Part shown: piece after piece, positions 55,461 to 64,000 of the stretch
How positions within the stretch are numbered: position 1 is the first letter of the stretch
Layout of the letters: the number at the start of each line of letters is the position of its first letter
Source of the DNA: Octopus vulgaris
Lineage: Eukaryota
Assembly: GCA_951406725.2 (NCBI GenBank)
Contig: OX597826.1
Coordinates: 52,948,001-53,012,000 of the forward strand
Direction of reading: 5' to 3'
Length of the DNA stretch: 64,000 nt
The notes under the pieces: generated by a model
The model's database searches: none
What the model was told of the DNA's origin: nothing
The model's input: the letters and a program-made list of their open reading frames with translations, nothing else
Translations under genes and position numbers: made by a program

Positions 55461-56347
55461 CATAATTAAATCTCAGAATGAGATTGAAACAGTAATCGAT
55501 CGATAATGTAAAGTATAGAAGCCATCTTATCATGGCTAACTACATTGGGGAGAGGGTGTTACTGTAGCTTTATAGCCCCAAGAGATCTTCGTCTATAGCT
55601 GGCTTTAGACACAATATCAGTGTCCTTGGAGTATTTGCAAAGGGAGGCCATCCCTTCCTCGCAAGCCTGAGTGATACGCTCGAACTAGTTTCGGGATTGT
55701 TGTCCCTCGTCAACGGGCGGTAACCACCAGGTCGCAATGAAAGTGAAGTCTGCTTTGCAAATATATATAAGTTTTTCTAATGGCGTCTGCCACTGATGTC
55801 GAAAACCGAACAGTAAGCATAATTAAATCTCAGAACGAGATTGAAACAGTAATTGCTCGATAATGTAAAGTATAGAAGCCATCTTATCATGGCTAACCAC
55901 ATTGGGGAGGGGGTGTTACTGTAGCTTTATAGCCCCAAGAGATCTTCGTCTCTAGTGGTTAGCCATGATAAGATGGCTTCTATACTTTACATTATCGAGT
56001 GATTACTGTTTCAATCACATTCTGAGATTTAATTATGCTTACTGTTCGTTTTTCGACATCAGTGGCAGACGCCATTAGAAAAACTTATATATATTTGCAA
56101 AGCAGCCTTCACTTTCATCGCGACCTGGTGGTTACCGCCCGTTGACGAGGGACAACAATCCCGAAACTAGTTCGAGCGTATCACTCAGGCTTGCGAGGAA
56201 GGGATGGCCTCCCTTTGCAAATATTCCAAGGACACAGATATTGTGTCTAAAGCCAGCTAGAGACGAAGATCTCTTGGGGCTATAAAGCTACAGTAACACC
56301 CCCTTCCCAATGTGGTTAGCCATGATAAGATGGCTTCTATACTTTAC

Positions 56348-56352
<5 letters not shown>
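55460..56352. mobile_element. Non-coding 357-bp tandem/inverted repeat element with HHR variant (retrozyme-like or PLE pLTR multimer) in (TA)n
   Basis: Period 357 on both arms (gcataatt at 55460/55817; gtggttagcc at 55955/56312). ~1.4 units forward, then ~1.1 units inverted. Confidence 0.85.
56136..56178 (+). ncRNA. Type I hammerhead variant (second copy ~55676-55719, minus)
   Basis: cgcccg UUGACGA ggga-caacaa-uccc GAAA cuag UU cgagcg. Stem III region is the palindrome aacuaguu; core has U at position 3. Confidence 0.62.
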
Positions 56353-56403
<51 letters not shown>

Positions 56404-56408
56404 TATAA

Positions 56409-56466
<58 letters not shown>

Positions 56467-56491
56467 GTATGTATATATGCGTATATATATG

Positions 56492-56636
<145 letters not shown>

Positions 56637-57107
56637 ATGTTTCTGCGTATTACATCTGCTTTTGTCAGGTTCACAATGCTAGCTGCTAATTATGTTGAGA
56701 CATAATTACCTCCTTGCAGGAATGTCATCTAATTACAACATTTTGGATTTACATTTAAGCAAATAGACAAAACACCTGACAATCTAACAGTAATTATACC
56801 TACAATTAGAATAACATTTCAATATACTTTCTTTTAAAAACAATAATTAATATTTTCTTATCGAACTGCAATGTCCCTCATAATGTATGCATTATATTAA
56901 TCATTTACTTAAGGTAAATGTACATAAATGTTTTTATATATGCTACAAATGTTATGTGTAGTTAAGAAAATGTCTGGGAATTAGCAGTAGATAGTGTCTG
57001 GAATTAAGCACAAATATTTTTAGACAGTCTTGCGAGGCAAAAGATTTTTCATTTCCGTAATAAGCTAACAGTTTTCTTTATTACACAAACTCACATTCAT
57101 CTTTACT

Positions 57108-57154
<47 letters not shown>

Positions 57155-57181
57155 TAATCTACCTATTTGCCTATCCAAGAA

Positions 57182-57231
<50 letters not shown>

Positions 57232-57810
57232 TGTCTATCTGTTTATCTATCCATATAAATATATATGTGTGTGTATATGTGTGTATGTATATATATATAA
57301 ATATACATATATGTATGTACACACACACAGATACACACATATACATATGTACATGCATACATGCATACGCACATACATATACATACATACGCGCACACAC
57401 ACACACACACATATATATAAGTGTTTGGCGTGTTTATAAAACAAACAGATGTCTTTAAGAAAACTGTACGGTAAAATTGAATCTACAGCTTCATGTCACA
57501 GAAGAATTTAGAATTCTCGTGTCAACACATAGCTAAACCACATTCACTTATAAATGGCGTAAGTCACATCACATTGGTTAAATTCCATTATCCTATTCTA
57601 AAAGGAATGAGGATGAAATTCCAACATAAGGAAGTAGCAATACCAATGAATGCAGGAATTTTTCTGAAAGGTCACTTCCTAAAAGTCAAACTGTAAACTA
57701 TAGTTATAGTTTCGAATTGCATGTAAGAAATTGGCAGACATACTTAATGACGCACACACAAACACACACACACACACACACACACAAACAAACAAGTACG
57801 CACACACACG

Positions 57811-57842
<32 letters not shown>

Positions 57843-58173
57843 CATATATACACACACACACACACACAAACACACACACGTATACAACAGATTGGGATTC
57901 AGGTAAATCACGCACATGAATTGTAAGGCACCGTGTCGGCACGCAAAGTAAACTGTGTAAACAACAAAAATAATTGAATAATTATACGGGTACCGAGGTA
58001 CAGATATGTCGTTCAGTGCTCAAAGTGAGGAGTAGATAGACAGCCGACAACTGATGAAGGGTCATTCTTTATATTAATTTTCCTGTTTTCCATTTGTTTC
58101 TCTCACTGTTTGCGTATTGAACTCATTTGCTTTCGTATTTCATGTTGTTTACTGTAGGTGATGTCATGTACCC

Positions 58174-58246
<73 letters not shown>

Positions 58247-58864
58247 GGATATGGCTTCAAATATTAATATAAATAATATATATATATATATATATATATT
58301 ATTTATATTAATATTTGATCGAACGCCACGCATCCATTTCCAAGTAAGTTTATCTTAGTCTTTTTGATGCAACACCACTCTATACTGTTTTCTACCCTTA
58401 TTGTTTTCTGTCTTATCTTTTCTCTAATTCTATTTGTTCTCCCCTTCGCCGTTGCCTATCTGTCTCTCTCACTCCCCCTCTTTCTCCTCTATTCTCTCTC
58501 GTTGCGCACACGTGACTATCGTCCATATTTCTTTTCCTCACGTGATAATCTTTCTTTTCTTTCAGGGCTGTCCTAAGGACTGGGCGTATCCTGTCTCTCT
58601 CTTCTATCTTTTCTCTTGTCAAGGAAAATATTTCTCCAATGTTCGTTATTTTCTCTTCGTTCTGGTCTAACGAACCTCCATGTTTGTTTTAGTTCGGTTT
58701 TATTTGTATTATTATAATACCCTGTACACCTATTTGATTATGAAGATTTACAAACATACTTTTTCAGTGATACTCAGTTTACCTACCATTATAAAAAAAA
58801 AAAACAAATGTTCTTTCTCAAACCTTTCATAATGTGATACAAGTCTTTGGTGTAGCAATTGCAT

Positions 58865-58956
58865 GCGGCTGAAGAGGGCTTTAAACTATCTGTTATGTCG
58901 ATTATACATTGATGTAAGAATAAGTTGTTTTATGAAGCTCGAAACATGTGTACCGC
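58865..58956 (+). ncRNA. Type I hammerhead ribozyme with long stem II
   Basis: Stem I gcgg/ccgc; CUGAAGA 58869-58875; stem II gggcuuu..gaagcuc with an inner uuaugucgau/auugauguaa helix; GAAA 58941-58944; c-augu-g; GUA site. Confidence 0.8.
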
Positions 58957-59057
58957 GACATCTTTTTTGTCCTGTTTTTTTCATTTGATACATATATCCT
59001 CTCACCTCTGCTACTAGCTGGCATATACATGTGCTTACATTTATCAAGTATTCACAC

Positions 59058-59134
<77 letters not shown>

Positions 59135-60304
59135 TACACCGTATGTAATCACACAAGTTTGTTTTCGAAGCGTTGTAATGTATTGTAGAACAAATAGAAA
59201 AATAAATTTTATTCAACGCAAATTTCCGCACTTCATTAATTGCTTATAGACGAGACAATGGATTCTGTGCTTTGTATGTGAAGAAGAGAACTCCTTGAAA
59301 TGTTAATCTATTGGTTCAGTTACAATTATGAACTCAGCGGAGTTCATGCACTCTGTGACATGCAAATCGATCGGTTACTTAAACTTTCTTTTCATTTCTT
59401 AAGGCAGAAACCATATTCTTCGGATATCATGTACACACCAGTAAAAGATACAGTGTAAGAATGTGGACGAAATGAATACATATCTCTTTTTCCTTTTTTT
59501 TTTATGTTTTTGATAATGAATCACTTCAAGGTAAATAATGACATTTTCCAACGTAAATTACTTTAATAATTCTTATGAACCTTAGAGCAGCCTTCGTCAA
59601 AGATCGAGTAACGAAGATTGACCAAATTGTTTGTTTTTATATATACATTGTGTATCTTAAAAGATTATTATCCGTATGTTCTTCTATTTGAAAACGAGTA
59701 GAGTGTGAATTGAAGGCAATTTAGTTACAGGTCTTGAATCTATTTACATTGTTGTTTGGTTAACTCAATTATTTTTTTCCTCAGAAAGAGTCAATAAACT
59801 CTGTTTTCCATTGTTTTCACTTCAAACAAACTTTTTTCTGTTTCTAAAGAAGATTTACCTTACTCGTGTAATGTTTTCTTATACGCTAACATTCGTCATT
59901 TCATTCGCTTTTGTTTGTCCAATTCTATCAATTTTTATACTCCTTAGAATTTTTTCACCAAACATTCAAACTCGCATTACCATTCGTCTCTGCTCAGTAT
60001 CTAGCATCACTCGTCTCCAACCCATTTCTTCCTTATTCTATCAGCTTTTTCTCTCTTCTTCACCCATCTTTTTATCTCTTTCTCCCTCTTTCCCTCTACC
60101 CCTGCTTTCCTTTCACTCTTCCTCCCTTGAACATTCATAAGCATTTTTTTTGTTTTCATTTCTCATCAACATGATACCATTCATGTGTTTTATGTCATTT
60201 CACTTTGGTTTTTATGTATATACTAATATAACCGTGTCGTAAAAGTTGCCGACAGTTTTATTACTGATAGAAAATGGCTTATCGAAACAATGGGAGAAAC
60301 AATT

Positions 60305-60568
60305 CTGGCGAAAATAAATTTAAGACCGAGGATAAAAGTTATATTTCTTACATAATATTTTGTTACTCACACCATACAAATTATTTTTAGCTTTTACACC
60401 TTATGCAGAATTTATTTCTCTTTCGAATGATGCAGAAAATAACAATTTTTATACATCTTGAAGAATTCTAATGCTAAATCAATATAAACGTTTCAAATTT
60501 ACCGGCAAAATTAGTTTAAAACCATGTAATATGTATGCAAATTCTTTTGCCAAAATGGGTGGTCAAAC
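60305..60568 (+). mobile_element. Solo 5' TIR of the 2791-4383 Tc1 family
   Basis: Reverse complement of ~4120-4381, including the sub-terminal gccaaaatgggtggtca. Confidence 0.9.
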
Positions 60569-60590
60569 TTAATTAATTATCTATTTACTT

Positions 60591-60674
60591 ATTCCTGATG
60601 AAAGGGACATTGTCAGTGTGGAACTAAAAGATTCATACCTATTGACTAATGGACTCCGGCAACGGCCGTCGAAT
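60591..60674 (+). ncRNA. Hammerhead with long stem II and mutated GAAA (GCAA)
   Basis: Stem I auuc/gaau; CUGAUGA 60595-60601; long imperfect stem II; GCAA; palindromic acggccgu; GUC site. Confidence 0.6.
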
Positions 60675-60928
60675 TGCTTCATTTTGAGGTTATGACCCTC
60701 TCTCTATAAACATATCTTCGGAATTCCTCTAAACTTTTAAATCCATAATAGGGATTTCTCACTACTGCCGATGTATCTTACACTTTTTAATCCCCAATTC
60801 AACGTTTTTAACGTTAAATTTAATATTATTTTTAATCGTTTCATCAAACTTTATTTATTTATCTTTTCATGAACATTTTTACCTCATATAACTCTTATTT
60901 CTTTCTAAATGATATATAGCTATGTTAA

Positions 60929-61140
60929 GGCAGCGAGCTGACAGAAGCGTCAGCATACCGGGGAAAATGCTTTGGTTATTGCGTCTGTCTTTATGTTCTG
61001 AGTTCAAATTCCGCCGGGGTCGACTTTCCTTTTCATCCTTTCGGGGTCGATAAATTAAGTACCAATTACATACTGGGGCTGATCTAATCGACTGGCTTCC
61101 TCTCCAAAAATGTCAGGCCTTGTGCCTAGAGAAGAAAAGA
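60929..61140 (+). mobile_element. SINE (ggcagcgagctgacagaa family)
   Basis: gagttcaaattccgcc..tttcatcctttcggggtcgataaattaagtacc as in other copies. Confidence 0.85.
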
Positions 61141-61336
61141 ATATATAGATGTGTTTCCTTGTATTTATGTAATTTTATGTTATATATATTTATTATGTTG
61201 ATGTAAATCATAAATATAAAATGATTATCTAAATTTTTGTCTCTTCGTATACGAAGTTATATAATGTCTAACGTCTCAGGTTCGACCTGAGCACTTCCAA
61301 GCAATTGTATAAAGAACACTTTGTCGAAAGAAAAAT

Positions 61337-61377
<41 letters not shown>

Positions 61378-61378
<1 letters not shown>

Positions 61379-61850
61379 GACGGGCTTCTTTCAGTTTCCT
61401 TCCACCAAACCCACTCACAAGGCTTTGGTCAGCAAAAGCCTATGGTAGAAGACACTCGTCCGAAGGGCCACACAGTGGGACTGAACCTGATACCATGTAG
61501 CTGGGAAGCAAGCTTCTTACCACACAGCCACCCGTATTAACTTTCTGTCTTTTATTTTTTGCAGTTATTAGACTACTACCCTGTAGTGCAGGGTTTTTAG
61601 ATGAGCGTATTGGCCCCAGTACTTAATTCTTGATCCGGATACTTATTTTATCGTCCTCTCTTGTCGAAACGCTGGCCTACAGAAATGTAAACAATCCAAG
61701 CGACGAAGGGAGACAAACAAGACACACACGCATACATATGGACAGGCTTATTTCAGTTTCTGGCTACCAAATCCATTCACGAGGTTTTGGCCAGCCTGGT
61801 GCCATAATGTGGTTGAGCAGAAAACTTCTAACCTTACAGCAATACACACT
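61378..61850 (-). mobile_element. Two SINE fragments of the 39800 family
   Basis: cgggcttctttcagttt..cactcacaaggctttggtc..cttaccacacagcc, followed by a more diverged copy. Confidence 0.7.
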
Positions 61851-61947
61851 CAGAGATATACACATACATACATTATATATGTATTCATACATACACACAC
61901 ACACACACACACAGACACACACATACATGTACATATATATATGCGCG

Positions 61948-62032
<85 letters not shown>

Positions 62033-62225
62033 GTTAAGGGCATTACTATAAATGAATGCCTCACGCTAGGAGGCATGTTTTTATTTATTATAGTAGTTTT
62101 GACTTTAAGAGTCCCTCATGGCGTGAGGTATTTATGTATAGTAGTACCCTTAACATAAATAAATATATTTAAAAGGAATAATTCATAAATTTTTCCCTTA
62201 TGAGGTTTTTCACGCTAACTACTTG

Positions 62226-62273
<48 letters not shown>

Positions 62274-63639
62274 TGTATGTATATATAATGCAACCCGTTT
62301 GTTCTCACAAAAAAACTAGTGGACCAGGCTACAAATCACGTACTAAACCAATACAAAGCGGTGTAATGTATAGATCTATGCAGTTGAAATCCAATATATC
62401 CAGTCAGTAATGACTATTTCATTACGAGTATATAGAATATAAAGAAAGAAAGGAGGTAGGAAGTTAATATTTTGATTTTACCAGTTGATATCCGTAAAAT
62501 TACGATCGTTTGATAGCCAACAGCATGGGAAAAATAATTTATGTAAGTGTATAACAAATTATTTTACTCGTCTGTATTAATGTATGTGCTATAAATTACT
62601 TGAAGATTTTACAGGTTTTTTGAAGATTTTACAGGTAATACAAGTATAGAAGACTAGCTCTTCAGATCATAGGATATCGGGTTTACCTCCATTCAATATA
62701 TACATATAAAATGTCATCTTCAAAATATTAATGGATACTATTATCTGAAGTGCTAGTCATCTATACCAGTATTACCTGTAAAATGTACAATAGTACTACA
62801 TAATTTAAAACATATACACTAATGCAGACGTATAAAACAAGTTGTTATACACTAAAATTAATTTTTTCATGATAATCGCTGCGAAACGATCACAATTTTA
62901 TGGATATCTTCTCGTGAAATAAATATATTGATCCTATACTTTTTGACTTTCTTTATATCTTATACATGTGTGTGTGTATGTGCGAGAGAGAGTGTGTATG
63001 AGTGTGTGTGTGAGTGTGTAAGTGTGTGTGTGTGTCTTTGTGTGTGTATGTTTATGTATATATGTTTATATATATATATATACACTTGTATATTTATGTG
63101 TGTATATATGTATGTATTTATATTACTTCCGGTTTTCGTAGAGGAAAGACGTGTTTGCTCTTGCTCTGTGAAAAAACAAAAAGGTTTGCATGAATCGACG
63201 AAATAATCTACTAAAAATAACAAAACGTAGAACTTGTTAACTCATAAAGTCTACTAAAATACCTTAATTAAAAATATATTAATTAAAAACGTAATATATT
63301 TCGCTTGAAGCCAAATATAATACAGTAAAGTTAGTTACGCATGCTAGAACCTTCGCCGAAAAAGCACATGTGGCAAGTCTTTAATTTATCTCCAGCCAAA
63401 TGTAAGAAGGAAAAAGAATTGTTTTCTTTTCTGTTGTGAGAAAACTTCTTCGTCCAAGCACGTACCTTTCAAGATAAGTAACGGTTGCAATTGTTTGTTT
63501 ATTAATTTTTCTTTTCCTTTAATATAAGCTAACATCTCAGTTACGATATACGACGCCATCTTTGTTTACATTCTGAGAATAACTTTCAATTTCTTTTTCG
63601 CTTTCATATGTTTATTTTCCTGTAATTAGTTTAGAATTA

Positions 63640-64000
63640 AAAAATTCCTTCATTTCCTCACTTTCTTCTACCTCTTCTCTCCTCCCTTACATATATTCTC
63701 CCACTTCCAGCTCCTTTCTCCCTTCCTTTATCTCTCTTTACGCTTACCTTTTCCCTCTCTCTTGCATATCTTACTCTTTTCTCATCTCCCCTCCTCCCTT
63801 TCATATCCTCCTCTTCTCTCATTCCTCCTTCCTTTCCATCTCACATCTACCTCTCCTCTCGTCACCTCACCCTCTCTCTCATATACTTCGCATTCGCCCG
63901 TTCTTCTCACTCCGTCTCTCCCTCTCTCTCACATCCTTCATCCTGTCTCTCCTTCACTCTGTTTCTCTTTCTCTTGCTATCCTCTCCTCCCCTCTGTTTC
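63640..64000. repeat. Polypyrimidine (CT-rich) low-complexity tract
   Basis: Read directly. Confidence 0.85.

Noticed and set aside
55788-55816. Possible opposite-polarity ribozyme in the 357-nt unit (cugaugucgaaaaccgaac)
   Set aside because: Core and stems do not fit a hammerhead, so an ambisense viroid-like design is unsupported.
58045-58110. CUGAUGA followed by aggg..cuuu in a repeat-like segment
   Set aside because: No GAAA, stem III or stem I partner found nearby.

Overview
AT-rich, repeat-dominated eukaryotic DNA with no recognisable host exon. The SINE families, microsatellite density and TE mix suggest intronic or intergenic DNA of a coleoid cephalopod such as Octopus (inference). 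Most ORFs in the track are microsatellite artefacts or transposon remnants. Contents: a near-complete IR/DR Tc1 (DD34E) element plus other Tc1/mariner fragments; about 9 fragments of R4/Dong-like RLE LINEs, several bounded by (TAA)n; L1/Tx1 and RTE remnants; many tRNA-derived SINEs; and four Penelope-like elements (PLEs), two with inverted terminal repeats. The strongest hidden signal is RNA-structural. By eye I find a set of type I hammerhead ribozyme (HHR) motifs, three of them unrelated in sequence but sharing an unusually long stem II. I also find a non-coding 357-bp unit at 55460-56352 that carries an HHR variant, occurs as circularly permuted direct and inverted copies, and has a diverged relative at 52352-52550 that conserves its hairpins. 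This is a candidate cephalopod retrozyme / circular-RNA mobile element. Folds and alignments were done manually, and repeat boundaries are approximate.
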